DNA of 64,000 nt from Gloeobacterales cyanobacterium (GCA_038245785.1 JBBRSB010000002.1:256001-320000), one strand, 5' to 3'; shown: positions 26,688 through 37,780, numbered from the stretch's first letter. The notes: generated from the letters alone by a model not told the origin. Made by a program: numbers and translations.

Positions 26688-28196
26688 ATGACCCGCGACC
26701 TGCGTTCTTTCCTGCAGCTTCTTGAGAGCAAAGGCCAACTGCGCCGCATTGATGCCCTCGTCGATGGGGAACTAGAAATCACTGAAATCACAGAACGGAT
26801 GCTTCGCTGTGGAGGTCCGGCCTTGCTCTTTGAGCGGGTAAAAGGTTCTCCGTTTCCGATTGCGGTCAACGTGATGGGGACAGTACAGCGGGTCGTCTTA
26901 GCGATGGGCATGGACTCCCAGCAAGAACTAGAAGATTTAGGGACGAAGTTAGGCAAACTCCAGAAACCCAAACCGCCCAAAGGCATTCAGGAAGCACTCG
27001 ATTTTGCATCGGTGCTCTTTGATGTGGTGAAAGCAAAACCAGGACGGGTGCTCTTTAATGCTCCTTGTCAAGAAGTGGTTCTAACCAAGGACCAAGTAGA
27101 TCTGAATTTGATTCCGATGATGCGCCCTTGGCCTAAAGATGCGGGACGGAATCTGACCCTAGGCTTAGTCATGACCAAAGACCCTGAAGACGGCACGCCC
27201 AATGTAGGCATTTATCGCCTACAGCAGCAATCTAAAAACACGATGACCGTCCACTGGCTATCGGTGCGCGGGGGAGCCAGACATCTACGCAAAGCAGCGC
27301 AGATGGGGAAGAAGCTGGATATTGCCATTGCCGTTGGCGTAGACCCCCTCTTGATCATGGCGGCGGCCACACCCATTCCCGTGGAGCTTTCCGAGTGGCT
27401 TTTCGCCGGACTCTATGCGGGAGAAGGAGTCAAGTTGACTCAGTGCAAAGGGTCGGACCTCTTAGTTCCTGCTTATGCTGAGTTCGTTCTTGAAGGGACG
27501 ATTACCCCTGGAGAAATGGCGGTCGATGGTCCTTTTGGAGACCACATGGGTTATTACGGCCTAGAGGAAGAATCACCTCTGGTCCGCTTCCACACGATCA
27601 CCCATCGGAAAAATCCGATTTACATGACCACCTATTCTGGTCGGCCTCCAAAAGAAGAAGCGATGATGGCGATTGCGCTGAATCGGATCTATACGCCTCT
27701 GTTGCGCCAGCAGGTACCGGAGATTAAAGATTTCTTCTTGCCGATGGATGCCTTGAGCTACAAAATGGCGGTCATTTCTATTGACAAAGCTTATCCAGGT
27801 CAAGCCCGCAGAGCGGCGATGGCTTTTTGGACCGCCTTAGTTCAGTTCACCTATACCAAGTTTGTAGTCGTAGTCGATAAAGACATCAATATCCGCGATC
27901 CAGCCCAGGTTTTGTGGGCGATTAGTTCGAAAGTAGACCCCGAACGAGATGTGTTTATCATTGCCGATACGCCCTTTGATTCGTTAGATTTTGCCTGCCC
28001 GAAGATTGGCATCGGTTCTCGTATGGGTATTGATGCCACCACCAAAATTCCTCCAGAAACGGACCATCCTTGGGGTGAACCTTTAGCGATGGATGAAGAT
28101 GTAAAAAATCTGGTTTCTCGACGCTGGGCAGAATATGGTTTGAACGATATCAAACTGGATGAGGTTGATGCACGAGCGTGGGGATATTTTGGTTAG
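26688..28196 (+). CDS. ubiD: UbiD-family decarboxylase (likely plastoquinone pathway)
   Basis: RDLRSFL, GGPALLFE, NVGIYRLQ, DGPFGDHMGYY, GIDATTK. Confidence 0.93.
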   Translation: MTRDLRSFLQLLESKGQLRRIDALVDGELEITEITERMLRCGGPALLFERVKGSPFPIAVNVMGTVQRVVLAMGMDSQQELEDLGTKLGKLQKPKPPKGIQEALDFASVLFDVVKAKPGRVLFNAPCQEVVLTKDQVDLNLIPMMRPWPKDAGRNLTLGLVMTKDPEDGTPNVGIYRLQQQSKNTMTVHWLSVRGGARHLRKAAQMGKKLDIAIAVGVDPLLIMAAATPIPVELSEWLFAGLYAGEGVKLTQCKGSDLLVPAYAEFVLEGTITPGEMAVDGPFGDHMGYYGLEEESPLVRFHTITHRKNPIYMTTYSGRPPKEEAMMAIALNRIYTPLLRQQVPEIKDFFLPMDALSYKMAVISIDKAYPGQARRAAMAFWTALVQFTYTKFVVVVDKDINIRDPAQVLWAISSKVDPERDVFIIADTPFDSLDFACPKIGIGSRMGIDATTKIPPETDHPWGEPLAMDEDVKNLVSRRWAEYGLNDIKLDEVDARAWGYFG

Positions 28197-28216
28197 CCAG
28201 GTTTTGCCCATAAGGT

Positions 28217-28351
28217 TCATTTTTTCTTGTTTTTGGAGCGTTGAGACATTGCCTTCCTCTCTTCGGCTATCAATTCAGCGGTCCTTGCCTGGATTCTTTC
28301 CTGCCGCTCTTTTGGCAGTCGGTTCATCATCTCCTCCAATGTTTTGCCCAT
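28217..28351 (-). CDS. 44-aa protein resembling the N-terminus of an XRE/HigA-type antitoxin, HTH missing
   Basis: Not in ORF track. AAGGAG RBS; MGKTLEEMMNRLPKERQERIQARTAELIAEERKAMSQRSKNKKK*. Confidence 0.55.
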   Translation of the reverse strand: MGKTLEEMMNRLPKERQERIQARTAELIAEERKAMSQRSKNKKK

Positions 28352-28362
28352 TTTTATCTCCT

Positions 28363-29706
28363 TCAGGGATGAGTATTCTTACTCAAGCGACGATAAACTT
28401 CTGCCAAAGCATCAGCATCTCCTACATTGCCGGGGAAAAGAACGACAGGCAGTAAGGGAAAACGAGGATGCACTTTAGGGGTGCAGACGACGGAACAGCC
28501 AGCTAAGACTTGACCTAGGAGTCGGGCTGCATCCAGAGCTAGTCCCTTACTCAGCACATCATTAGAAGTGATACCGCCCTTGCTGATTAAAAAGCCAATA
28601 TCCGTAGGCAAGCCACGCACCACATCCATCAACAGTCCTGACACCGCTTCTCCAAAATCTAGACGAGTCTGGGTATCGGGGAACGTTAATTCCTGTCGGC
28701 TGGTGAACACTACGGGCGTTTTCCCCTGGGCATGGGCTTCATAGACCTCTTGCAGTGTTTCATCCAGAACGGCTTCGCGCTCCTCTGGATCGAACAAGCG
28801 AGCCACCTTTACTTCTACAGGCACCGTTCCCGGTTCTTTCAGGAGTTGTTCGAGCTGCTCTGTGGTCTTTTTGACATGGGAACCAACCACTACCGCTCCT
28901 GGCTTACTGCCCCGCACATAGTTCGCCATATCCTCGGCCTGAATTGGCTGCGGAGGCAAAGCCGCTAAAGCAGTCAATAAACTGGCGGCACTACGAAATA
29001 GAAAACGCTTGCATCCGGTTCCGTCTTCGCGATGGGCAGCAGCCTGAAGTAGATCCTGAGCAAAACGATTCAGATCTTCCTGCCGTTCGGCATCAACAAC
29101 GGCGCATTGATTGTCTTTCAGTTTGAGCAAACGGTCTAAACTGCCTGCGCGAATATCAGATAGGAGAAATCGTTCTACCGCACTGTCCGGAATCCTGCCT
29201 TTGGTTTTCTCTTCCACATAGTCGGGTAGATAGCTGTGGCTATAGCCAAAAACTGAGTCATGAGCAAATTCTGTCTCATGAACAGGGGTATCCACCCCAT
29301 CCACCAGCAAATAGTGAACACTGTCTCGTGTAGTGCGTCCCCCTTCAAAAAAGGCTGGCACCAGAAAATGGGCATCAAAAGGCCCTAATTCTTCGGCTAT
29401 CACATCCGTCTCCACCGGGTAGTGACCGCGTAGGGTAGAGTCTGAACGACTAACCACCAGAAAATCCTGAATTCCTTCTTGCTCAATCGCTATTTTCAGG
29501 TTGTGACAGACTTCCCGTGTGATAGCAGCAGCCTCGTCTGGAGAAACTGCCCTTGTATTGGTCAACACAAACATAATCGGGGAATCATCGGCCAGACCTA
29601 GTCTCAGCGTATCCACATCCCAGCGGGTTAATAACAGACAGCTATGAACGGTCTGAGAACCTGTTGGATCATCATCAAGTACGAGAATTTTCGGTCGTAG
29701 GTACAT
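28363..29706 (-). CDS. Four-carbon acid sugar kinase family protein (DUF1537/OtnK-like)
   Basis: VLDDDPTG, SRSDSTLRGH, VGSHVKKTTEQ, SKGGITS, FPGNVGD. Confidence 0.9.
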   Translation of the reverse strand: MYLRPKILVLDDDPTGSQTVHSCLLLTRWDVDTLRLGLADDSPIMFVLTNTRAVSPDEAAAITREVCHNLKIAIEQEGIQDFLVVSRSDSTLRGHYPVETDVIAEELGPFDAHFLVPAFFEGGRTTRDSVHYLLVDGVDTPVHETEFAHDSVFGYSHSYLPDYVEEKTKGRIPDSAVERFLLSDIRAGSLDRLLKLKDNQCAVVDAERQEDLNRFAQDLLQAAAHREDGTGCKRFLFRSAASLLTALAALPPQPIQAEDMANYVRGSKPGAVVVGSHVKKTTEQLEQLLKEPGTVPVEVKVARLFDPEEREAVLDETLQEVYEAHAQGKTPVVFTSRQELTFPDTQTRLDFGEAVSGLLMDVVRGLPTDIGFLISKGGITSNDVLSKGLALDAARLLGQVLAGCSVVCTPKVHPRFPLLPVVLFPGNVGDADALAEVYRRLSKNTHP

Positions 29707-30026
29707 AGCAAAACGCTCAGTTCTAGGATTTTAGGCAGCTTATATGCGTTTATCATAGTTCTCATTGGCTAAAGAACTGGCTCCAAACTACCAACTTCTC
29801 CGCTCATTTTTTGAATGTATCGAATCAGACACAGGATTGTGTGTCCTAGAGGATAGCGTTTAATAAACGCGAATGAATATCACAGGGCGCTTACCTGCAG
29901 CCAAGCGATATATTTTTCCCAATATTGAAACCCCAGCAACATATTCCGAAAGCGAGACGCATAAACCAAATCAAGCATATTTGTTGCGCAAATCGCCTTG
30001 AACCTTTAACAGGAGTTAGTTAAGCA

Positions 30027-31427
30027 ATGAGAAATTTCAACAGTAGCAAGTCAATAATTTCTACTTTTTTATTCATTTCCATAGCTTTACTGGCAAGCTT
30101 ATTGCTACTTAAAAATGTAAATAAAACCAATTTTCATCCAGACGAACCCGGATGGATTGCATCAGGATATTACTACTCCAATTTACTATTAAACAGTAAT
30201 TTTGAATGGCAACAATGGGCGAAATGTCCCGATGTTCCAGGAGCTTTTCAATGTGGATTTTACAATAGTAACTACAATCCACATTTAGGACAATGGATTA
30301 TCGGAATTCCCTTGAAAACTTTTGCAGTAAAAGGCGAACGAGAATTCTTTGATTTTTATAATTTTGACAAATCTTTAGAAGAAAACAAAAAAGAGGGAAA
30401 TCTTCCACCACAGCCTGTTTTATCGCGTGCTAGAAGCATATCTGTAGTAATTGGAACTTTATGTTGCTTACTAATTTTTGCTATTGGTTATTATTCCAAT
30501 AATTTATGGATGGGAAGCATAGCAGCAATGCTCTTAATCTTTAATAAGCTATTCGTTACCTTAAGTACACAGGCGATGACAGATATTTCATATAACTTCT
30601 TTCTCCTTTGTGCTTATCTAGTCAGTATATTCTTACTGCGCCAATCTAAACTCCGTCATATCGTATTGATCAGTTTTCTCTATGGTGGTCTTATTGGATT
30701 AGCTTCTTCCGTGAAAATCATAGGAGTACTAGTTGGAGGACTATACTTCTTTTTGGTGATACTCTATAAAAAATTCGTCGGCGACCTGAAAGTGAAAGAT
30801 ACTGTAAAATGCCTGGCTGCTTTTTCTTTCTCGTCTCTATTCATAATCTATCTTATCAATCCTTACTTTTGGCCTTCCTTCAAAGAGATAAACATTGGAG
30901 AGACTATCCAGGAAGTAGCAAACTACTCCAAGGAAAAGGGAGGAAGAGAGATGCAGAAGGACAATTTTAGGAGTGAATATCCGCAACTTTCAAATTTTTC
31001 TCATGTATTAGAGTTTCCTCTTATGTTTGTCAGGATAAAACAAATAGGAGAGGAACAGGTGCAAGGAATTAAATCTGCCCAATGGGGAGAAAATCGCCTC
31101 GATACATTTAAGGAGACTTTTTTCAGAGAAAGTTCTAGTTTTCCCAAAGAATCCTATGTCTTAGTTCTAGGAATTGTCTTATTGGGGGGGAAACTAATAA
31201 ACTCTATTTATAGAAAAGAACTTTCTGAGAGTGTTCTCCCTCTCTTTTATTTCGGCGCAAATTTTATGTTTATTCTGTTGTTTATGACAGTTAATTTTGA
31301 TAGATATTATTTGCCGACGGTTATTGCCAGCAAATTCGTGGTCGCCGCAGGAATATATGAAGCAAGCCGACTGATTTGGGTTGCCCTGCGTAGATCCACA
31401 AAATTAATTTCTGCGCAGAGACAATAA
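30027..31427 (+). CDS. GT-C fold (PMT/ArnT-like) membrane glycosyltransferase
   Basis: HPDE after first TM, NPHLG, AMTD, GLASSVK, DRYYLP; multi-TM; visibly AT-rich. Confidence 0.75.
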   Translation: MRNFNSSKSIISTFLFISIALLASLLLLKNVNKTNFHPDEPGWIASGYYYSNLLLNSNFEWQQWAKCPDVPGAFQCGFYNSNYNPHLGQWIIGIPLKTFAVKGEREFFDFYNFDKSLEENKKEGNLPPQPVLSRARSISVVIGTLCCLLIFAIGYYSNNLWMGSIAAMLLIFNKLFVTLSTQAMTDISYNFFLLCAYLVSIFLLRQSKLRHIVLISFLYGGLIGLASSVKIIGVLVGGLYFFLVILYKKFVGDLKVKDTVKCLAAFSFSSLFIIYLINPYFWPSFKEINIGETIQEVANYSKEKGGREMQKDNFRSEYPQLSNFSHVLEFPLMFVRIKQIGEEQVQGIKSAQWGENRLDTFKETFFRESSSFPKESYVLVLGIVLLGGKLINSIYRKELSESVLPLFYFGANFMFILLFMTVNFDRYYLPTVIASKFVVAAGIYEASRLIWVALRRSTKLISAQRQ

Positions 31428-31578
31428 GTCTACAAGGGACCACTTCTGCATGATGGGCGAACATTCTCTCTCCCCTGCTTAAGTTCATCGGACGCAGATA
31501 ACTTTGCTTCTCACGGTCCATGTTGGGACATTTCGGTAAAGCCTTTATCCCAAGGCTCTATGATATCGTCGTGCCGAT

Positions 31579-31926
31579 TCACGCTAATCGTAAACCATTA
31601 GTTACTGTTTTATCCGGTATAGCTAGCACCACTGAACCATCTTGCTGCACAAAACCAGTTACTAAACACTCAGACATGAAAGAACCAATTTGTTTAGGTG
31701 GGAAATTGGTAATGGCAATAACTTGTTTACCGACAAGCTCAGACCATGCATAAAGAGCTGTTATTTGGGCAGAAGATTTTTTGATACCAAACTCACCAAA
31801 ATCTATGTTGAGCTTGTAAGCAGGTTTTCTTGCCTCTGGAAATTCCTGTGCTTCTATGATAGTTCCAACTCGAATTTCAACCGCCTCAAAGTCCTGCCGC
31901 GAGATCTGCATAGTTTTCTCAATCAA
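31579..31926 (-). CDS. csaA: CsaA/Trbp111-like tRNA-binding chaperone
   Basis: DFEAVEIRVGTI, FPEARKPAYKL, SSAQIT, NFPPKQIG, SECLVTG. Confidence 0.9.
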   Translation of the reverse strand: MIEKTMQISRQDFEAVEIRVGTIIEAQEFPEARKPAYKLNIDFGEFGIKKSSAQITALYAWSELVGKQVIAITNFPPKQIGSFMSECLVTGFVQQDGSVVLAIPDKTVTNGLRLA

Positions 31927-32028
31927 CTACTACTAAGTATTGAATTTTAGACTGTAATGACCCCTTCCAGGACAGAAACGGTAGCTCCACAGTGGCAAGC
32001 TTCTTCACAGAGGAGCGGCTTACTTAGT

Positions 32029-32676
32029 TCACTCATAGGCAGCCCGATGTCGGTGAATAACATGCGTTACTTTAAATAGTCTGTGATTTGTTTTTTTGAG
32101 ACGCAAGATAGTCTTAGTCAAAACTAATCGTTTTCTTCCTTTTTCTCCTTCCACGAAGCCCAATTCATGATGAAGCTTTTCGATTTCTAGGACAGAGGAT
32201 AAATTGCTCAAGGCAAGATAGTTTTTTCTGGGAAGCAAGCATGTCTCTAAAGAGTATCTTGATTTAAATAGACTTCGATTCATGCTTAGCATGTACTGTT
32301 CTGAAAAATCATGAAACGTTTCTAAAGTCAGTGCCTGCTCTGTTTTCTCTATCGATATCTGAGTGTCAACACCTGTAGAAACATCAAGGCCAAGCACTTT
32401 TCTAATCAGCTGAATCCCTTCTTGAATTTCATTCATAACCACAGTCAGGTCATGTGTTAGCGGAAGATTTTGCATTTTCTGCATGGCGTCTTCAAAAGAA
32501 CTCAAAGCCACTTCCAATTCTTTAACATCAGCGACTATAGGCTGATGCCCATGAGCGGCTACTCTGACAAGCGCATGAGCCAGACTTTCGGGAATACGCG
32601 CCATCTTGGTAGGTTCTTTATACTTGCTGCTGCCCTTAGGACGCCCTGCCCCTGGACGTTTTCCACCTCGTGGCAT
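32029..32676 (-). CDS. Hypothetical DNA-binding protein with N-terminal AT-hook-like motif
   Basis: MPRGGKRPGAGRPKGS...PTKMARIPESL; GGAGG RBS. Confidence 0.65.
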   Translation of the reverse strand: MPRGGKRPGAGRPKGSSKYKEPTKMARIPESLAHALVRVAAHGHQPIVADVKELEVALSSFEDAMQKMQNLPLTHDLTVVMNEIQEGIQLIRKVLGLDVSTGVDTQISIEKTEQALTLETFHDFSEQYMLSMNRSLFKSRYSLETCLLPRKNYLALSNLSSVLEIEKLHHELGFVEGEKGRKRLVLTKTILRLKKTNHRLFKVTHVIHRHRAAYE

Positions 32677-32931
32677 GATAGCCTCCCCTTTTAATGGAGA
32701 TTGGTTCTTTGATTATTACGTAAAATTTAAGTTTTGTTATTTTATTGGGATTGATTTGTGCTATCAAAAATCAAAACATTGACCATGCTTACAGGCTATA
32801 GATTAACTCAATCAACAATCAAACAGCTGACCTCTCCCGACGGATGCTTGAAAGAAGGATTTGCGATAGAGTGTATATATTCAACCTAAGCTGAGTTTAC
32901 TGAGATTTTGCTGTTTTTGGAGAATGCAAAA

Positions 32932-33600
32932 ATGATCAATAACCAACTAAATAGTAAAATGTCCACCGATTTCAATATTCAGAGTGTCATCCCCACCGTT
33001 ATTGAACAATCTTCTCGTGGAGAGAAATCCTTTGATATCTTCTCCAGGCTATTACGCGAACGCATCATCTACATGGGAACCCCCGTCGATGATATGGTCG
33101 CCAACTTAGTCGTAGCTCAATTGCTCTTCCTGGAATCAGAAGACCCCGACAAGGATATTTCCCTCTATATCAATTCTCCTGGTGGCTCTATCTCTGCGGG
33201 CATGGCCATTTATGACACCATGAAGCACATCCGTCCCAAAGTATCGACCATTTGCCTTGGGCTGGCAGCCTCGATGGGTGCGTTCTTATTATCTGCTGGG
33301 GAGAAAGGCAAGCGCCTATCTCTGCCCAATGCCCGGATCATGATTCACCAGCCCTTAGGCGGAGCCCAAGGACAAGCTACCGATGTCCAAATCATGGCTA
33401 AGGAGATTCTCTATACTAAGGGTTTGATTAACAAACTGTTGGCAGAGCATACGGGGCAACCGATAGAGCGTCTTGAACGGGATACGGACCGTGATTTCTT
33501 CATGTCGGCGGAAGAATCGAAAGAGTATGGATTGATAGACCAAGTAATCACCAAACGACCTGGTGAAGGCGCTATCTTGAGCAACGGTAGCGGAGTTTAA
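32932..33600 (+). CDS. clpP: ATP-dependent Clp protease proteolytic subunit
   Basis: [36 protein letters not shown]. Start uncertain. Confidence 0.96.
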   Translation: MINNQLNSKMSTDFNIQSVIPTVIEQSSRGEKSFDIFSRLLRERIIYMGTPVDDMVANLVVAQLLFLESEDPDKDISLYINSPGGSISAGMAIYDTMKHIRPKVSTICLGLAASMGAFLLSAGEKGKRLSLPNARIMIHQPLGGAQGQATDVQIMAKEILYTKGLINKLLAEHTGQPIERLERDTDRDFFMSAEESKEYGLIDQVITKRPGEGAILSNGSGV

Positions 33601-34001
33601 CCTGCATTAGGCGCTGGGGCGGTCTTTGCGACTTGCGAGGCTGCCTTCACCTCTTTCGGGTCTCTGGTCATGATATGGCCATGAAAAGTAGCCCCAGCTG
33701 CCATATCTAAGGCATTAGTAATCACATTTCCTTCAATGCGAGCCGTCTGACTCAAGGTCAACTTACCCTGCACCACGATGGCTGCCTTAACCGTTCCATG
33801 CACAATGGCATTGCGGGCTTGGACTTCTGCTCCTTCGATAGAACCAGATGCTGCAATTTCTATATCGCCCGTGACGATTATGGAGCCTAATACAGCACCA
33901 TCCACCCGCAGATTGCCCTCATGATCGAGGTCTCCCTGGATCTTGCTTCCGCTACCAACTAAGGTCAGTCCAGTCCCTGGTTTCGGCTTTTTCTTGAACA
34001 T
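33597..34001 (-). CDS. Bactofilin
   Basis: Beta-helix repeats IQGDL...[11 protein letters not shown]...IEGNV...GATFHG. Confidence 0.92.
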   Translation of the reverse strand: MFKKKPKPGTGLTLVGSGSKIQGDLDHEGNLRVDGAVLGSIIVTGDIEIAASGSIEGAEVQARNAIVHGTVKAAIVVQGKLTLSQTARIEGNVITNALDMAAGATFHGHIMTRDPKEVKAASQVAKTAPAPNAG

Positions 34002-34049
34002 AAGAATATATTCCTAAACCTTAGAGCTACGTATTTGGAGCAGAGTATA

Positions 34050-34886
34050 TCATTCGTCCTGGGCTAGGTATGGTTTAGGGTCTATTGTTTTTCCTTGAAA
34101 ATAGACCCCATAGTGCAGATGGGGACCGCTGGAACGTCCTGTGCTGCCAACATAGCCAATCAGTTGTCCCCTTTCTATAGGAGCACCAGGAGCCACGGCC
34201 ATTTTAGACATGTGGCCATAGAGTGTCCGTAACTCATAGCCGTGTTCGATGAGTACATGGTTGCCATAGCCTCCTGCAAAATTAGCTTCTAGGACAGTGC
34301 CAGGAGCCGTTGCATAGATAGGCGTACCGTAGGCCACCGCCATATCCATGCCAGGATGAAATTCGTAGCTGCCGCCAAAGGGGTTAGGCCGCAGACCGTA
34401 GAAAGAAGAAAACCGCACAGAGACTAGGAGCGGCATCCCCCGAGGACGAGCATTCCGGCGGGCCACAAATTCCCCAACTGTCGGCATCACCTTCTCTTTG
34501 AGAGATGACACGAGCAGGAGACGGTCATGGGCAGCAGTTAGAAGCTGCTCAGCACTTGGCTTTATGCCAATTCCACCTTGATCTACCGTAGATTTTTTAG
34601 GCAAAGCTGCTTCTTTTACGCCAGCGCGCGCGCTGAGGTCTTTCAGTTCAGCCTCTAGAGTATCGACGCGCTCCAGCAAATCACTGGCTTGCGCTGCGAG
34701 GACTTGACCATCGCCACGGGCGGTTTCTATGGCGTGGTTGTAATAACGGTAGATAGCGATGCCGCTCCATCCAGAGACCAGCATCAGGCCCACTAGTAGA
34801 GTCGCAGGCCAAAACGACAGCTGGATAGGTGGTTTGCCCGTCCGCGTGATCAGCACAGTGTAACGTTCCGGGATGCGACGGCCCAT
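34050..34886 (-). CDS. M23 family peptidoglycan endopeptidase
   Basis: HPGMD, YGHM, GSTGRSSGPHLHY; N-terminal TM and coiled coil. Confidence 0.92.
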   Translation of the reverse strand: MGRRIPERYTVLITRTGKPPIQLSFWPATLLVGLMLVSGWSGIAIYRYYNHAIETARGDGQVLAAQASDLLERVDTLEAELKDLSARAGVKEAALPKKSTVDQGGIGIKPSAEQLLTAAHDRLLLVSSLKEKVMPTVGEFVARRNARPRGMPLLVSVRFSSFYGLRPNPFGGSYEFHPGMDMAVAYGTPIYATAPGTVLEANFAGGYGNHVLIEHGYELRTLYGHMSKMAVAPGAPIERGQLIGYVGSTGRSSGPHLHYGVYFQGKTIDPKPYLAQDE

Positions 34887-34958
34887 TACCCCTCAAAGAC
34901 TTATAAAAGATACTCGGGGAGCATCCCATATTTAGCGGCACTTGGTCAAGACCTCAGT

Positions 34959-36140
34959 CTATTTCTGATCCCCATCGTTTCCATGACCAAAAAGATTGCT
35001 GAAAAATCCTTCGATACCGTCTTTTTTGATTTTCTCTCCGTGGAGATGGGCCAGTTTCTCTAGAAGATCCCGTTCTTCACGGCTAACCTTTTGGGGAATA
35101 GCTACTTTCAGGGTAATCATGTGGTCCCCTCGTTTCATCGGATTACCCGGTCTGGGCACCCCTTGCTTTTCGAGGGTGATTATCTTGCCTGGTTGAGTCC
35201 CTGGAGCGACATCAATTTCTTTTTCCTGGATATTCTTTTGGTCAAAATCGAGGACTTTGACCTTGACTTTGCTGCCGAGGATCGCCTGCAGATAGCTTAT
35301 TTCCACCTCTGAGTAGAGATTTTGACCATCTCTTTTGAAGTGTGAATCTTGCTCCACGGCAATGAAAACATAGAGATCTCCCGCTGGGCCGCCTTTAATA
35401 CCGATATCGCCTTTACCACCCACCCGTAGTCTGGTGTTATTGTCTACACCACAGGGCACCTGGATTTCAATATTCTTCCGTTCAGCCTTGCGACCTTTAC
35501 CGCCACAGTCCGTACAAGGGTTGGTTACGACTTGGCCTGAACCACGACATTCTGGGCAGACGGCGACTTGGGTAAACGTGCCAAAGGGGGTACGCGTAGC
35601 CTGACGAACTTGACCAGCCCCTGCACAGGTTCCGCAGGTGGAAGCCTTTGTTCCTGGTTTAGCACCTGAGCCCTGGCATGTGGCGCAGCTCTGTAAGGTT
35701 TGGACATCTAAGTCTTTTTCGACCCCAAAAATAGATTCCGTGAAAGTTAGGACCACATCCACGCGGCGGTCATCCCCTCGCTGGGGACCCCCAGCCCTTC
35801 GCCCGGCCCCTGCAAAACCTCCTCCACCTCCAAACATGCTGCCAAAAGCTTCAAAGAGGTCAGAGAAATCACCAAAATCGCTGAAGCCGCCCGCATCGCC
35901 ACCGGCAGAAGCCGCAGAAGTACCAATCCCTTGCTCGCCAAAGCGGTCATAGCGGGCACGGGTCTGCTCATCAGACAGCACCTCATAGGCGCGGTTGATT
36001 TCCTTGAAACGCTCTTCGGCTCCAGGTTCTTTGTTAATGTCCGGATGCAGTTTACGCGCCAACTTTCGGTAGGCCTGTTTGATTTCTTCTTTGTCGGCGC
36101 TTCGGCTGACACCTAGCAGGTTGTAAAGGTCTTGGGCCAT
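34959..36140 (-). CDS. dnaJ: Chaperone DnaJ (class A)
   Basis: HPD, G/F-rich linker, four CxxCxGxG repeats. Confidence 0.96.
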   Translation of the reverse strand: MAQDLYNLLGVSRSADKEEIKQAYRKLARKLHPDINKEPGAEERFKEINRAYEVLSDEQTRARYDRFGEQGIGTSAASAGGDAGGFSDFGDFSDLFEAFGSMFGGGGGFAGAGRRAGGPQRGDDRRVDVVLTFTESIFGVEKDLDVQTLQSCATCQGSGAKPGTKASTCGTCAGAGQVRQATRTPFGTFTQVAVCPECRGSGQVVTNPCTDCGGKGRKAERKNIEIQVPCGVDNNTRLRVGGKGDIGIKGGPAGDLYVFIAVEQDSHFKRDGQNLYSEVEISYLQAILGSKVKVKVLDFDQKNIQEKEIDVAPGTQPGKIITLEKQGVPRPGNPMKRGDHMITLKVAIPQKVSREERDLLEKLAHLHGEKIKKDGIEGFFSNLFGHGNDGDQK

Positions 36141-36165
36141 ATTTCGTTAAGAAACTTAGTAGAGA

Positions 36166-36657
36166 CTATTGTAATGCCTTCAGTTGCCCCAATGCTTCGT
36201 AAAGGCCAATCCCTACACTAACGGCTAAGTTTAAACTCCTTACAGTCGCGTAGGTAGGAATCACCACCTGGAGATGATTTTCACGAATTTCTCGGGGTAA
36301 TCCTTGGGTCTCAGAGCCAAAAAGTAGCCAATCTCCTGGCTGATATGAAAAATCTCGATAAGAAATTTGGGCATGGGCACTGAAGCAAATAATCCGCTGA
36401 GGTTGCGTTTCGTTTAAAAAAGTTTCCCAATTTGGATGGCAGACCAGGTCAACTGCATCCCAGTAGTCTAGGCCTGCCCTCTTGAGATAGCGGTCAGAAA
36501 GCTTAAACCCTAGAGGCTCAATAAGCTGAAGTTTAGTGCCTGTAGCTGCGCAGGTGCGAGCGATATTGCCTGTATTCGGAGGGATCTCTGGCGTATAGAG
36601 AACCACGCCGACAGGGGCACAGGGAACGCTATTGGTCGGGGGAGAGGAAATCACCAT
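36166..36657 (-). CDS. trmL: tRNA (cytidine/uridine-2'-O)-methyltransferase TrmL
   Basis: [37 protein letters not shown]. Confidence 0.93.
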   Translation of the reverse strand: MVISSPPTNSVPCAPVGVVLYTPEIPPNTGNIARTCAATGTKLQLIEPLGFKLSDRYLKRAGLDYWDAVDLVCHPNWETFLNETQPQRIICFSAHAQISYRDFSYQPGDWLLFGSETQGLPREIRENHLQVVIPTYATVRSLNLAVSVGIGLYEALGQLKALQ

Positions 36658-36745
36658 AGTAGGTATGCAGAGCTGCCTTTTAGATTGCCGCTTCTACGAT
36701 ATGATGAAGGGCGCATCCATGGTTAGGAAGGTAGGGCAGATACCC

Positions 36746-37759
36746 ATGACAATTAAAGTAGCTATCAATGGTTTTGGCCGAATTGGGCGGAATTTCTTGC
36801 GTTGTTGGTTAGGCCGTGAAACATCCGGCTTTGAAGTAGTTGCCATTAATGATACTTCAGACCCACATACCAATGCCCATCTGATTCGTTATGATTCCAT
36901 GCTGGGTAAGTATGAAGGCAAAGTTGAGTATGATGACAACTCGATCACCGCAGACGGACATGTGATCAAGTGCTTTTCAGACCGCAATCCTGCCAATCTT
37001 CCCTGGGGCGCTTTAGGGATTGACGTCGTTATCGAATCTACAGGTGTATTCATTTCCCGTGAAGGCGCTTCTAAACACCTTGAGGCTGGAGCCAAGAAGG
37101 TGATGATCACGGCTCCCGGCAAAAATGACGATGGCATGTTCGTGATGGGTGTCAACGAAGACCAATACACCCATGACAAAGTAATTATTTCTAATGCTTC
37201 CTGTACGACCAATTGCCTGGCTCCGATTGTCAAAGTCCTCCACGATAACTTTGGGGTCGTCACGGGTATGATGACGACTATCCATTCCTACACGGGAGAC
37301 CAGCGAATCCTCGATGCTAGCCACCGTGATTTGCGTCGGGCTCGCGCCGCTGCCGTAAGCATCGTTCCTACGAGTACCGGAGCCGCTAAAGCGGTTGGTT
37401 TGGTCATCCCTGAGCTGAAAGGTAAGCTGAATGGCCTGGCCTTCCGCGTTCCTACGCCTAATGTATCCGTGGTTGATTTCGTAGCCAGACTAGATAAGAA
37501 AGTAATCCCCGAACAGGTCAACCTTGCCTTAAAAGAAGCATCTGAAGGCCGTCTCAAAGGTATTCTCAGAGTCTCGGAAGAGCCCCTTGTTTCTATTGAC
37601 TATCGTGTAACCGACGAGTCATCTATCATAGATGCTGAACTGACCATGGTTATGGATGGCAACATGGTAAAAGTGATCTCCTGGTATGACAACGAGTGGG
37701 GCTATTCTCAACGCGTTGTAGATCTCGCTGAAGTAATGGCGAAAAAATGGGTTAGCTAG
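36746..37759 (+). CDS. gap2: Glyceraldehyde-3-phosphate dehydrogenase, Calvin-cycle type
   Basis: [41 protein letters not shown] 36746. Confidence 0.93.
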   Translation: MTIKVAINGFGRIGRNFLRCWLGRETSGFEVVAINDTSDPHTNAHLIRYDSMLGKYEGKVEYDDNSITADGHVIKCFSDRNPANLPWGALGIDVVIESTGVFISREGASKHLEAGAKKVMITAPGKNDDGMFVMGVNEDQYTHDKVIISNASCTTNCLAPIVKVLHDNFGVVTGMMTTIHSYTGDQRILDASHRDLRRARAAAVSIVPTSTGAAKAVGLVIPELKGKLNGLAFRVPTPNVSVVDFVARLDKKVIPEQVNLALKEASEGRLKGILRVSEEPLVSIDYRVTDESSIIDAELTMVMDGNMVKVISWYDNEWGYSQRVVDLAEVMAKKWVS

Positions 37760-37780
37760 TTTTAGTTAACGTGAAAATTG

